The notes beneath the pieces were generated by a model, which had not been told where the DNA came from, did no database searches, and saw nothing but the letters and a program-made list of their open reading frames with translations. This document shows, one piece after another, positions 38,406-52,225 of a stretch of 64,000 bases of DNA (position 1 is its first letter; each line of letters opens with the position of its first letter). This stretch comes from Mobula hypostoma (taxonomy: Eukaryota). The translations under genes were made by a program, and so were the position numbers. Location: assembly GCF_963921235.1 (NCBI RefSeq), contig NC_086097.1:96908001-96972000 (forward strand), written 5' to 3'.

Positions 38406-38989
38406 ATTCATCAAGTATGGGTAACGTCTGAGTTAAATGCTTGTTTGTAATTATGTGATAAACCTTTGAATCATTTGACTCAATTGTGATTAATGGTGAA
38501 GTTGCTGTCTGGTCGGTTTTTATTGTGTGTCATATTTAATCAGCAACATGCTCGACCAGAAGAGTTCTCCTAATATTCTGTTCTTGTTACAGATTCCAGT
38601 CTGTTTCATCAAGTTTAGGCACGGTAGATGCTATTCCTGGCATTTTCATTATTTCATTCAGCCATGAAGATGGTCTGAGAGCAGTTGCAGTAGATAATGA
38701 TCTGACCACACCACCATCAGACTGAGGCAAAATGTAAAACTACCCTACCTGCTGAAGGCCCACAGTGTCGGACCTGTTTGGAGCAAACTCCATGAAACAC
38801 AGTGGCAGTGTAACTGAATGCAATAGGTCTTCTCTGAATGGGCAGCAAGCAATTCTAGCAACACCACCTTGGGCAACCGTCTACACAGAGATCCACAGGA
38901 AGATACGTAGTGTGGTTGAGGTGGACACTGGGGCGATGATCTGACATACTGCCAGGGCTTCTTTAACCCTTGCAGCAATCACAGGGACA

Positions 38990-39675
38990 GCATGTAGCCA
39001 GTTTGTGGCTCAGACCTGTGAGATCATGTTTGTTAGAGACTGAGTGATAAAGGAAATGAAGCACTCTCGTCACCCATTGAAGTATAAAGCTGCCCGATAT
39101 GGTGAAGAGTAAAATGATGGATTTTCTCCGGTCCTCAATCTCTGTATCATTGTGATCCTCACTATTTTTGCACTGCTGCACCCTCTTGCGGGCTTTACCC
39201 ATCACTAATTTGTGTGTGACACTCAGAGTATTGAGTAGTAGAACCAGGGTGAAGGGGAAGCAAGGGTTAAAGTAATACAGAGCAAAGTCAAAGGTTACTC
39301 AGGCAGGTTCAGTGTAAACGCTCAGTGATATGCTGTCACCACAGGATACATCATCAACTATAAATTCAGCTTCATATATAAATACAGAGAGGTTACAGAG
39401 CTTCTGACAACAGATTGCAACAAATCAATCAAAGGTGAAGGTGACGGTGAATCAGATACAGATATCAGTGGCTGCAGAGAGTAGGACGAGGGTGAGAGAC
39501 ATTGGAGGGGTGGTGTCCATGAAAATTCATGGGAAATTAAAGGGAATAACTGTGTACAGTAACGTCAGTGAAATAACCATCAGATTTACCACCGCCATGG
39601 CCACCAGATAGAGGGTGAAGCACCTGGAGAGTCCATAGTTTCCTCAGGACAGGATCAGAATGACCATCATATTAA
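38990..39675 (-). pseudogene. GPR139-like GPCR exon 2 pseudogene (paralog of 2904-3805)
   Basis: Colinear with 3025-3805 and uses the same acceptor (ttcag|TTAA). In-frame TGA at the codon after ILILS, frameshifts, a deletion of roughly 100 bp after CCQKL, and a truncated TM7 end. Residual RRKSIILLFTISGSFILQW. Confidence 0.9.
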
Positions 39676-42109
39676 CTGAAAGAAATCGAAAGTGAGGATG
39701 ATAATTTTAGGACACAACCTGTAGAGGAAGGGATCTATTAATGATCATCCCTAAACAAACCATAGTAAAGGGTGGTCTGGAATCCAAAGTAAGTAATTAT
39801 GTAGGAGTCTCTGAACATAACCTTCTCTAATGGATGTGAGGCAGCAGTGTGGTTTTAAACCCTACTTAAAATGCAACTATAATTTAAGTGTATATTAATT
39901 AATTACTAAAAGAAACTTAGATAAATGCCATAATCACAGAAGTTTTTGATCTTTATTGAAAACCGGACAAAGGAAGTTTATAGTTGTAGAATGTATTCAA
40001 TATAGTTCTCTTGATCAACTCTGGAAGCAAGAAGTAAAGCTATTTTTGATCTTGTCTGTGCAATGTGACAGAGTAAATAAATGTGATTAGTCACGGATCT
40101 GTGTGTGAACCCTAATCATAACGTGATAGAGGTTTTGAATGAGTTCAAGAGTGACATAATTAAATACAAAACAGAGAAGCTCATCAGTACTGAGAGTCAG
40201 GTAATACAAGAAAACTGATAAACTGGAGTAAAGGCTATCAATGTTAAATAATTATTAATAAACAACTAAAGATGTATTGCATAATTTTCAATGAATATGT
40301 TTCACTGACAAAATAAAATCAACTTAAAAATGATACACTTATTGCTGACTACAATGTTTGAGGACACGAGTAGATGGTAGACAAAGCTTATAAAGTTGGG
40401 AAGATAACAATTCTCCGGCCAAAATCTGCTCGCTAACAAGAAAGGAAAAAGAGCTCAAGAGCTTTTATATAAGTCTGAAACAAAAATGCAGAGTATGTGA
40501 AATGAATATGTCTCTTACAGGTTGAGCCAGGAGAAGTTATAATAGGAGAATGTGACATTACAGCAAATACCATCTTCACATTATGGTTATGCAGAGCTGA
40601 TGTGGGATGGAATCCACAACTGACATTGTTGAGGACATAACCAATAAATTAAGCAAAGAAGGATTGGCAAATGCAACGTGTCCGAGTTTTAAATGCACTC
40701 AGTGAAGGGTTACATGAAGGGGTGCTGCACCGAGCATGTTTCACAACACTGGTCAGTGTTGTCATTGAATTAATAAAGACATTTTTTATAAGAGCCAGAG
40801 CATATTAGGCATTTTCAGGTTGAAAGGGATGGGAGTACCACACTGGGGAAGTCTGGCTGTGAATGTAAAGAAATTTCCTGAAGCCACAATCACGTCTTCA
40901 AACTGAAGGTTTGATCTCGGTATTGAGGAAGAATGCACTTGCTTTAGTAGAGATGGAAAATAAATCATATTGTTAATGGAGACATAAGAGAGTGCAGGTG
41001 TTGGAATTTGTAGCAACAATCTTCTTGAGGAACTCAGAGATCTGAGCAGCATCTGTGGGGGGAAAGGAATTGTGCCTAAACATTTCACTCAACTTCCCCT
41101 CTGTTTCCTTTACTTCTCTCCTATTATCACCTTCCTCAGTTACCAGCTTCCAGCATGGGTAGCCTTTCTATTTCTGCTTATCACCCTCCCAGCCTTCATC
41201 ATTACTTTCACCCTTCCTTCCATCTTCCACTATTTTCTTCTCTGCCTCCGCCCATCACTCACCTGCCTCTGTCTCACTCCCCATCCCCTCCCTAGCTCAA
41301 TCTGCTTGTCATTCTTCACTCCCCCTCCATCCACCAATCATCTCTAGCATCTTTCTCACCGTTCCCCCTTTCCTCTTTATACTGACTATCTCCTTTCTCC
41401 ACTCTCAGTGTTGGAACACCAACAGTTTATTTCGTTCCACAGATCATGCTCAGTCCACTGGGTTTCTCCAACAGATTGTTCTATGTTTCATTACTGTCAA
41501 TAACTGGGTTGAAGGGATGTCCTTAGAAAAAACCCACTGAGAAGGGCATGTCTAAAATTACAATAACAACCAATTACAACCAGACAATAACAACCAGAGT
41601 GACAATAATAAACCAATTACCAATATCAAAGTTTAAGAAATGTATCTATTTTGTAACATATTATGAGGTTTCACATTCTCTATACATCTGTTGATGTTCA
41701 TTTACTGAATATATTCAAGGTTCTGGTTTGGAGATCTTTGGATATCAAATGATCCAACAGACAGTGGGTTGAAGAGGATGACGATTTATTGAGGGTTGGC
41801 CACAGTCTGAATGAAGGATAATGGTACAGTCTTCTCTGTTTCTCTTCAGTATTTTTATTTCACAGATAGACGCATTGGATTCCAAAGTCATCACAGAGCT
41901 GGAGAACAATTACTTGTGTGTACACATTTAAGTGAGGAGGCCATCAAATCATTCTGAATTTGACCCATCCAGTAAATAGATTGTGGTTAACCGTATTTAC
42001 CTGACTTGGTTTAGTAACTAACAATACCTGTCTCCAAACAATGTCTCTGTTCTTGGGATTTTGACAGGGTTAGGCCAAGCAACTTAATGGATAAATATCT
42101 GTGGTGTTA

Positions 42110-42460
42110 TCCTGCAGTTACAAAAACATTATTTTTTCTTTTGACCCTGGCTTCTGGTGTTCTCCATATGCATCATTTTTCTTGCACTTTACCACTATAT
42201 CTCAGGGACCAATCTGCCACCTTCAATATCTTCACAAGTTTTTTGGCAAAAAGCACCAGGAAAATAACCCATGACAAGAAAATTTTTTTGCTTTGTATTA
42301 TTCATTCCTATTCTACACGATTGGGAGTTTTGTCAATTTACACTATTTGGTCTTATAATTATTTATTTTAACTGTAACAATGTATCTCCTACTATTTGTA
42401 ATATTGTTATGTTATGTTTTCATTCTATGAAATTAATAAAAAGATTGAAAAAGAAAGAAA
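42110..42460 (+). mobile_element. L1-like 3' end fragment
   Basis: T-rich 3' UTR-like sequence ending aataaaaagattgaaaaagaaag. Confidence 0.45.
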
Positions 42461-43402
42461 ATAATGTACACTTGATACCGTTTATAACGAAAGGTACTGT
42501 CCCCTAATTAATGGATCATTGCATGAATTTTACTGTCCTCTTTCCAACTGGACAGCCTTCAAGTGACAGAGCTGGAATTCTACTTGTGTGTCTGACTGCT
42601 TGATGCCAATCCTTACAGGCACAAAAAAGATTGCATGTTTTGTATAGAATCTGTTCTATGTATCTTCATTGCCTTTCTTACTTGGGTTCCTTTTCCTCCG
42701 CCCATTTGATTTCTGATCCTGCATCTCCCTACCAGATGTGATTGAGGCAACCAGTACAGATGCCCTTATGTATGTGTTGAAATAGCTCCAACCCATGCCC
42801 AGCTTAACTGGAGCTGGTGAAAATCAAGACTGCAATATCTGCTGTAGCTGCCGAGTCAATGTCCACATGCATATGCCTACTGCCATCCAGATGTCTAACA
42901 CTCTCTTATACCTTAGCCAATATTCTTTACATCTACATATTAAATACAGATCTTGATTTCTGCTTCTTTTCTCCCTCTCCCCATCTAGTATGTCTTTCCC
43001 TTTCTTTATTTTTGTTTCTGCACATAATTTATTTTGAATTCAGTCAATGCCATTCATATTTCTTTCTAAGTGCAAATGTCCCACATGTGTTGTCTTCTTT
43101 CTTTTGATTTACAAATTCCCCTTTGTCAGCTTCATGTAGCTATGATGCAAATTATTTCCAAGCCAAAGAACAGAAGAAAATATAATTAACTGTTTCCAAT
43201 AGTATTTGGCGTAATGTGTTTGTTACATTGCATCAAGCACATAAATCCCACCACTCATCTGGAACAGACACATCTGCATACTGAGCAAACAGCCCAAAAA
43301 AACTAATAACAATATAACAGGTGCCTGGCTCTTTGGAAAATGAATCTATCAAACTTTTCATTTCTGTGATCAATGCTTGCATCAAATGATTAACTGTCTT
43401 AC

Positions 43403-43485
43403 CAGAAACTCCAAACACTGAAAGAATAAGATAATACTTCTTTTAACTGGTGGAGTTTTATTAAGTCATGCACTTCCTGAGACAT
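43403..43485 (-). pseudogene. Frameshifted GPR139-like exon 1 homologue
   Basis: ATG...LHQLKE / YYLILSVFGVS G|gtaag, paralleling LHQLED-IYYPVLAAVGIP. 83 nt (wrong phase). TATAAATA about 55 nt upstream (43539-43546). Confidence 0.65.
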
Positions 43486-44167
43486 GTTGGCTGCAGAAAT
43501 CCTCCTCCTAGTTACATGATACGTTAACAAGAGCCGTGTATTTATACAGGAAGAGAATCTCCTGGGATCTTTCACTCCATCATTCACTGCAGTTCATTGG
43601 AAAAACAATGATGGGATTTGGTGGACAAAATCAAATGCTTACAATGGAATAAAATATAATGAACAGTTGCTTACAAAAACTCAGAGAAAATACACAAGCT
43701 GTTTGATTGAATGTTATTTATCCAATGTTGACATAAAGTTTTGACTTTTGTACTGTCATTATCTATGTATTAGACTCTTACAACTCAATATTAAAAACTA
43801 TTCATACTCAAATAATTTCCATTCAATAATATTTGAAGATGGATGATTGATAAGGGAAGGGGTGATGGCTTACTGGGATAGAGAGAAGTGTGATGACTTT
43901 CAGATCAAATGTTGAATGATGGAGCCAGCTCAAGGAGCCAGATGGCCATCTCCTTCCTTTAAGTCATATATTTGTGTAATCTCTAGATTTTAGAACAATG
44001 AGAGGAAATCAGGTTGTTTCTGCCTGGCCATGTCTGGAACCAGGGGTGAAGGCAAGAACTTGGAGAGCAGAGCTAGAAAGAAATAAGTTGGTCCTGCTTA
44101 CCCACATCTGATCTACATTACTCTGAGCCTTAGCTGTCCATGCACCTGTCCAAATGCCTTTATTGTA

Positions 44168-44250
<83 letters not shown>

Positions 44251-44452
44251 TGTGTGTGTGAGAGAGAGAGAGTGTGTGTGTGTGAGTGAGAGTGTGTGTG
44301 CGTGTGTGTGTATGAGAGAGAGTGTGTGTGTGTGAGAGAGAGAGAGTGTGTGTGTGAGAGAGAGAGAGAGAGAGTGTGTGTGTGTGGTATGTGTGTGTAT
44401 ATGTGTGCGTGTGTATATGTGCATGTGTGTGTGTCTGAGAGAGGGAGAGAGA

Positions 44453-44485
<33 letters not shown>

Positions 44486-44488
44486 CAT

Positions 44489-44525
<37 letters not shown>

Positions 44526-44689
44526 TGTGTATGTGTGTGTGTGAGAGTGAGTGTATGTGTGTGTGAGTGTGTGTGTGCACGTGTGTGTATGTATGTGTGT
44601 GTGAATGTGTGGGTGTGTCTGTGTATGTGTGTGTGTGAGAGGGAGAGTGTGTGTGTGCGCGCATGTGTGTGTGTGTGTCTGAGAGAGGG

Positions 44690-44729
<40 letters not shown>

Positions 44730-45163
44730 CGTGTGGGTGTGTGTATGTATGTGTGTGAGTCTGTGTGCATGTGTGTGTGTATGTTATACGTGTGTGTGCC
44801 TGTGTGCGTGTGAGAGAGAGAGTGTGTGTGTGCATGAATGTGTGAGTGTGTGTGTGTGTGTGAATGTGTGTGTGTATGTGTATGTGTGTGTGCGTGTGTG
44901 AGAGAGAGTGTGTGTGTGTATGTGTGTGTGTGTGTGTGTGTGTATGTGTCTGAGAGAGGGAGAGTGTGTGTGTGTCTGAGAGAGGGAGAGTGTGTGTGCA
45001 TGTGTATGTGTATGTGTGCGTGAGAGAGAGAGTGTATGTGTGTGTGTGAGTGTGTGTGTGTGTGTGCGTGCGCGCGTGTGTGTGTGTGAGAGAGTGTGTG
45101 TGTGTGTATGTGTGTGTGTGTGTGTGAATGTGTGGGTGTGTGTGTATGTGTGTGTGCATGTGT

Positions 45164-45202
<39 letters not shown>

Positions 45203-45211
45203 TGTGTATGT

Positions 45212-45274
<63 letters not shown>

Positions 45275-45278
45275 TGTA
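44168..45278. repeat. Compound (TG)n/(GA)n microsatellite, ~1.1 kb
   Basis: Directly visible alternating TG and AG runs. Confidence 0.98.
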
Positions 45279-46629
45279 ATTGTTGTTATTAACATAGGTC
45301 TCATACCACACACCTACCAAGTCCATGCTGACAATCAAACAACCACTTTTGAGTAAAGCCTAGCTTACTCACTCCACTGGATCTCCCCCACATTATCAAG
45401 CAACCTCAAACTAGGACCATGTTACAGTGGCTGATTAATCTACCAACTGGCACGTCACTGCGGTGTGGGAGAAAACAGGAATAACTGGGAAAATTCCACA
45501 CAGTCACAGGGAGATTGTTCAAACTCCACACAGACACACCATGCAAGGTCAGAATTGAATCTAAGCCACTGGATCAATCAGGCAGCAACTCCTAACTGTG
45601 CTCTCCAAGTTGGTTAAATTCTTTCATTGTTTTCGATTGTTAATAAGTGTTTTAAATGATTTTAATTTGACTTCACTCTAAATCTTTTCCATTTTACCAT
45701 AAATCTATTATCTTTATATCTATTACCCTAAATCTATGATTATCTTTACTACCAAATAAAGCTGCAAATGATTTCTTTTACAAACCAAGAGCAGTGAAAT
45801 GGTTTCATCGGAAATGTCTTGTGCCAGCTTGGTGTCAGCTAGATGATTACAAGAACACGTGACTTTGGATGATGCAGACAGCATAGAAAATAGAAGAGTA
45901 CAGCACAGGCACAGGCCATTCGGCCCATGATATTATGCTGGACCAGCTAAAAAGCAAATCAAAAACGCCCAAACACTAATCCTCCTACTTACACCATGCC
46001 CACATCCCTCTATCTTCTTTACATCCATATGCCTACCCACAGGTCTCTGAAAAGCCTCAGTTGCATGTTGAAATCTTATCAGACCTGGTGCACACATTAG
46101 TATTTGTTCAGAAAACAATTGCACCAGTTGGCATTGGGTTCACTCAGCTTATACTTCTCCTGTAGTTTGTGAGTGAACAGTGGATATTCAGTGATAATAA
46201 TGGTATACACTGGATGTAGTTTAGTACTCCAGGAATATTTATGCGAGTCATTGGTTTCAGTCATGAACTTGGTCCGGTCTAACGATAGGAGGAGACCAAC
46301 TGACAGTAAAGTCTGTTTATCTTCCTTTCCCTGATCTTTTTATGAATATGCACCAATGCTTTGCCACGCCCGCGATGTAGGATGAAACTGAACCACTTGG
46401 AGGATACCCACCGAGTGACAGAGTCATGCAACATGGAAACGGGTCACTTGGTTCAACACGTCCATACAGACCAATCTATTTTCCAATGCTGGATTTGGCC
46501 CATAAAGCATGGAAGCAAATCCTCAGGCCAACTCAGCCATGTCAACCACATTTTTCCCACTTGCTTGTGTTTGACCCAGATCCCTCTAAACCCTCTCTAT
46601 CCATGTACTTGTCCAGCTATCCTTTAAAA

Positions 46630-46865
46630 TGTTGAGAGACACGCTGGATGCTGAGGGAACTCAGAAAATCAGATAGCATCTGTGGAACGGAATAAATAGT
46701 CGACGTCTCGGGCCGAGGCCCTTCATTAGGACTGGAAAGGAAGGGGCAGGAAGCCAGATTAAGAAGGTGGGGGGAGAAGGAGTACAAGCTGGCAGGTGAT
46801 GGGTCAGGGAGAAGGTGGGTGGGTATGGGAGAGGAAATGTGGTAAGAAACTGGGAGGTGATGGAT
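46630..46865 (-). mobile_element. Penelope terminal fragment with degenerate hammerhead, inserted in a CR1 tail
   Basis: Minus strand agtcCTAATGAagggcctcggcccGAGAcgtcgact, followed by cagatgct...ctgagttc. Confidence 0.7.
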
Positions 46866-47320
46866 GTTGTTATGGAACCTGCCTCGGCCACTTTTCTGAC
46901 AGCTCATTCCATACACACATCAACTATGTGAAGAAGTTCCTTCTCACGTTCCTCTTAAAGCTTTCCCCTCTCACCCTCATCCTGTACTTCCCCTCCCATG
47001 GGAAAAGACAGTGTGTGTTCATTTTATCTATGACCCTCATTCCTTACACCTCTGGTAATTTACGATGCAAATATAATCGTGGAAACAGTGAAATAGAAAT
47101 CACTAAAACCACCCATTGTAAGACACAGAATGACAGGGAGAATTTGGCCCCATGGTACTTCTGTTGAGTCACAGACTCTGTTTATTCACTGAAGACACAG
47201 GAAATACATAACAGCAACACATTCCCAGTTAGTAGCATTGACATTATAATACGCTTCAAGATAGACTGTCAGTCATATGTCAAAACACACTTGCCTGGAT
47301 TGAATGGAAAATTTTCTTGG

Positions 47321-47480
47321 CAGGAATTCCCACATCAGCAAGAACAGGGAGTAAATGCCTTCCTTGCTTCACCCTTTTTCTGTAGGAAGTGATTCTACTA
47401 GGAACAGAAGGAAGATTACAATCTGTCTGATTACAAAACATATTGAGAGGAGTTGTGCATTCAGGAGTGAAGCTTCCCTC
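47321..47480 (-). pseudogene. Decayed copy of exon 1 and upstream region of the GPR139-like gene
   Basis: Aligns with 7763-7935 (caggaattcccaca...agaacagg...gtaaatg; tctgtctgattaca; gaggag.tgtgcatt). ATG changed to AGG, the gtaag donor changed to ccaag, and there is an internal deletion. Confidence 0.8.
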
Positions 47481-47677
47481 GAGACTTTCACTTACATCAT
47501 TAACTAATATTACTTACAGATCTCCAAACAAACAAGTGGATGCAATCGTAGGAAAATGTAAGGAGCTTGATGCGAATAGAAGATAATGAACACTGCATGT
47601 TCAAAAATCCTGAGGTGGCATAGTAAACATTTCCGTTTATAACCCTGTATGAACATTATTGTGAATGGAAAACATTT

Positions 47678-49360
47678 CATTAGACCATAAGACAAAGGAG
47701 CAGAAGTCAGCCATTCGGCCCATCGAGTCTGCTCCACCATTTTATCATGAGCTGGTCCATTCTCCCATTTAGTCCCACTCCCCCACCTTCTCACCATAAC
47801 CTTTGATGCCCTGGCTACTCAGATACCTATCAATCTCTGCCTAAAATACACCCAATGACTTGCCTCCACTGCTACCCGTAGCAACAAATTCCATAGATTC
47901 ACCACCCTCTAGCTAAAAAAATTTCTTTGCATCTCTGTTCTGAATGGGCGCCCTTCAATCCTTAAGTCATGCCCTCTCGTACTAGACTCCCCCATCATGG
48001 GAAACAACTTTGCCACATCCACTCTGTCCATGACTTTCAACATTCGAAATGTTTTTATGAGGTCTCGCCTCATTCTTCTAAACTCCAAGGGATACAGTCC
48101 AAGAGCGGACAAACGTTCCTCATATGTTAACCCTCTCATTCCCGGAATCATTCTAGTGAACCTTCTCTGTACCCTCTCCAACGTCAGCACATCCTTTCTT
48201 AAATAAGAAGACCAAAACTGCCCACAGTACTCTAAGTGAGGTCTCACCAGCGCCTTATAGAGCCTCAACATCACATCCCTGCTCCTATACTCTATTCCTC
48301 TAGAAATGAATGCCAACATTGCATTCGCCATCTTCACCACCAACTCAACCTGGAGGTTAACCTTAAGGGTATCCTGCACGAGGACTCCCAAGTCCCATTG
48401 CATCTCAGAACTTTGAATTCTCTCCCCATTTAAATAATAGCCTGCCCATTTATTTCTTCTACCAAAGTGCATAACCATACACTTTCCAACATTGTATTTC
48501 ATTTGCCACTTCTTTGCCCATTCTTCCAATCTATCCAAGTCTCTCAGCAAACTCTCTGTTTCCTCAGTACTACCGGCCCCTCCACCTATCTTCGTATCAT
48601 CAGCAAACTTAGCCACAAAGCCATCTATTCCATAATCCAAATCGTTGATGTACAATGTAAAAAGAAGCGGCCCCAACACGGACCCCTGTGGAACACCACT
48701 GGTAACCAGCAGCCAACCAGAATAGGATCCCTTTATTCCCACTCTCTGTTTCCTGCCAATCAGCCAATGCTCTATCCACGTATGTAACTTTACTGTAATT
48801 CCATGGGCTCTTATCTTGTTAATCAGCCTCATGTGTGGCACCTTGTCAAAGGCCTTCTGAAAATCCAAATATACAACATCCACTGCATCTCCCTTGTCTA
48901 GTCTACTTGTAGTTTCCCCAAAAAATTGTAATAGGTTTGTCAGGCAGGATTTTCCTTTAAGGAAACCATGCTGAGTTCTGCCTATCTTGTCATATTCCTC
49001 CAGGTACTCTGTAACCTCATCCTTGACAATCGACTCCAACAACTTCCCAACCACCGATGTCAAGCCAACAAGTCTATAATTTCCTTTTTGCTTCCTTGCC
49101 CCTTCTTAAATAGCGGAGTGACATTTGCAATCTTCCAGTCCTCCGGAACCATGCCAGAATCTATCAACTTTTGAAAGATCATCGCTAATGCCTCTGCAAT
49201 CTCCACAGCTACTTCCTTCAGAACACGATGGTGCATTCCATCTGATCCGGGAGATTTATCCACCTTTAGACTATTCAGCTTCCTGAGTACTTTCTCTGTC
49301 GTAACTGTGACTGCACACACTTCTCTTCCCTGCCACCCTTCAGTGTCCGGTATACTGCTC
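47678..49360 (-). mobile_element. CR1 LINE with long open RT frame (47909-49063)
   Basis: QHGFLKGKSCLTNLL, YLDFQKAFDKV, GVPQGSVLGP and KFADDTK motifs, with an (accataag)-type tail. Confidence 0.94.
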
Positions 49361-49444
49361 TCTAACACTCCTAACACTCCCTAACATTAACACTCCTTCC
49401 CTTTTCTTTATGCTGTACCCTTTCCACTAATAGACAATCCAAGC

Positions 49445-52225
49445 AATGAATATCATTACAGAAACCTGGTTGCAAGGTGGAGATGACTGGGAATTAAATA
49501 TCCAAGGGTATCAGGTAATACGGAAAGATAGGCAGGAAGGCAGAGGAGGTAGGGTGGTGCTCTTGATTAGGGATGAGATCAGGGCGATTGTGAGAGAAGA
49601 TATAAGATTGACGGAGCAGAGTGTTGAGTCCATCTGGGTAGAGATTAAGAATAGTAAAGGGAAAAAAATCACTGGTGGGAGTTGTCTATAGGCCACCTAA
49701 TAAAAATATTGTAGTGGCAGAGACGACTAACCAAGAAATAACTGAGGCTTGTAAGAACGGAACGGCAGTTGTCATGGGGGGTTTTAACTTCCACATAGAT
49801 TGTGTGAATCAGGTTGGTCAAGGCAGTCTTGAGGAGGACTTCATAGAATGCATCCATGATGGCTTTCTTGAGCAGCGTGTTAATGAACCTACAAGGGAAA
49901 ATACTATCTTAGATCTAGTCCTGTGCAATGAGACAGGTAAGATTAACGATCTTGTAGTCAGGGATCCTCTTGGAAAGACTGATCATAGTATGATTGATTT
50001 TCGCATTCAGATGGGGGATGAAATAATTAGATCTAAAACTAGTGTATTATGCTTGAACAAGGGAGACTATAACGGGATGAGGGAGGAGTTGGCTAATGTG
50101 GATTGGGAGCACAGGCTATTTGGTCGGACAGGTGAGGATCAGTGGAATACTTTCAAAGAAATTTTTCACAGTGCTCAACAAAAAGTATATTCCAGTTAAA
50201 AGTAAGGACAGTAAGTGTGGGGAGAGCCAGCCTTGGATTACTAAGGAAATAAAAGATAATAACAAATTAAAAGCTCATGTGTACAAAGTCGCAAAGAGTA
50301 GTGGGAGACTGGAGGATTGGGAAAACTTTAAAAAGCAACAGAGATCAACTAAACAAGAAATAAGGAAAGGGTAGAAAGAGTATGAAAGTAAATTAGCACA
50401 AAACATAAAAACAGATAGCAAAGGATTTTATAAATATATAAAGCGGAAGAGGGTGGCTAAAGTCAACGTAGGTCCCCTGGAAGACGAGAAGGGGAAATTG
50501 ATATTGGGTGATAAGGAAATGGCTGAGGCATTGAACGACTATTTTGTGTCGGTCTTCATGGTGGAGGACACGTCTAATATGTCAAAGAAGGATGTTATGG
50601 GCGAAATGGGAGGTGAGGACCTCGATAAAGTCACTGTGCCTAAAGAGATAGTGATGAGCAAACTAGAGGGCCTGAAGGTAGCTAAATCCCCTGGTCCTGA
50701 TGGGTTGCATCCTAGGGTGCTGAGGGAATTGGCGAAGGTTATAGTGGACGCGTTGGTAATCATTTATCAAAACTCTCTAGACTCTGGGCAGATTGGAAGA
50801 CAGCAAATGTCACGCCACTTTTAAAAAAAAGGATGTAGGCAAAAGACAGGCAACTACAGGCCAGTTAGCTTAACGTCTGTAGTCGGGAATGCTTGAAGCT
50901 GTCATTAAGATAGAAATAGCGAAACATTTAGAAAGGAGTGGTTCAATTAGACAAACGCAGCATGGATTCAGAAAGGGCAGGTCCTGTTTGACAAATTTGC
51001 TGGAGTTCTTTGAGGACATAATGAGTGCAGTGGATAGAGGGGGGCAGGTGGATGTCGTATACTTGGATTTCCAGAAGGCGTTCGATAAGGTGCCGCACAA
51101 GAGACTTACAAATAAGATACGGATGCATGGAGTTGGAAGAAGTGTATTGGCATAGTTAGTGGATTGGTTAACCGATAGAAGACAGAGAGTTGATATAAAT
51201 GGGTGTTTCTCCGATTGGTTGTCTGTGTGAGTGGGGTGCCGCAGGGGTCGGTGCTGGGCCCACAGCTGTTTACCATTTACATTGATGATTTGGAAGAGGG
51301 GACTGAGTGTAGCGTAGCAAAATTTGTTGATGACACAAAACTGAGTGGAAAAGCAAATTGTACAGAGGATGTGGAGAGTCTGCAGAGGGATATAGATAGG
51401 TTAAGTGAGTGGGCCAAGGTCTGGCCGATGGAATACATTGTTGGTAAATGCGAGATCATCCACTTTGTAAGGAATAATAGAAGAGCAGATTATTATTTAA
51501 ATGGTGAAAGATTGCAGTACGCTGTTGTGCAGAGGGACTTGGGAGTGTTTGTTCATGAATCGTAAAAGGTTGGCTTGCAGGTACAGCAGGTTATTAAGAA
51601 GGCAAACGGAATGTTGGCCTTCATTGCTAGAGGGATGAATTCAAGAGCAGGGAGGTCATGCTGCAACTATACAGGGTACTGGTGAGGCTGCACCTGGAGT
51701 ACTGTGTGCAGTTCTGGTCTCCATACTTGAGGAAGGATATATTGGCTTTGGAGGCAGTGCACAGGAGATTCACAAGGTTGATTCCAGGGATGAAGGGGTT
51801 AACTTATGAGGAGAGATTGAGTCACCTGGGACTATACTCTCTGGCGTTCAGAAGAATGAGTGGGGATCTTATAGAAACATACAAAATTTTGAAAGGGATA
51901 GATAAGGTAGAAGTAGGAAAGTTGTTTCCATTGGTAGGTGAGACTAGAATTAGGGAACATTTCCTCAAGATTCAAGGGAGAAGATTTAGGACGGAAATGA
52001 GGAGAAACTGTTTTTCCCAGAGAACGGAGAATCTGTGGAATTCTCTGCCCAGGGAAGCAGTTGAGGCTTCCTCACTAAATATATTTAAGAAACAGTTCGA
52101 TAGCTTTTTACATAGTAAGGGAATTAAGGGTTATGAGGAAAAGGCAGGTAGATAGAGCTGAGTTTACAGGCAGATCAGCCATGAACTTATTGAATGGCGG
52201 GGCAGGCTCAATGGGCTGGATGGCC
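49445..52225 (+). mobile_element. CR1 LINE ORF2 (APE endonuclease plus RT), fragmented
   Basis: ITETWL, VVYRPP, GGFNF, LDLVL, TDH, KSPGPDG and QHGF motifs. Confidence 0.93.

Noticed and set aside
44009..45356. Long His/Thr-rich and Cys/Val-rich ORFs (up to 434 aa)
   Set aside because: Artefacts of translating a (TG)n/(GA)n microsatellite, which lacks stop codons.
33517..52225. Possible segmental duplication suggested by two very similar CR1 copies
   Set aside because: Flanks and 5' truncation points differ, which fits independent insertions of one subfamily.
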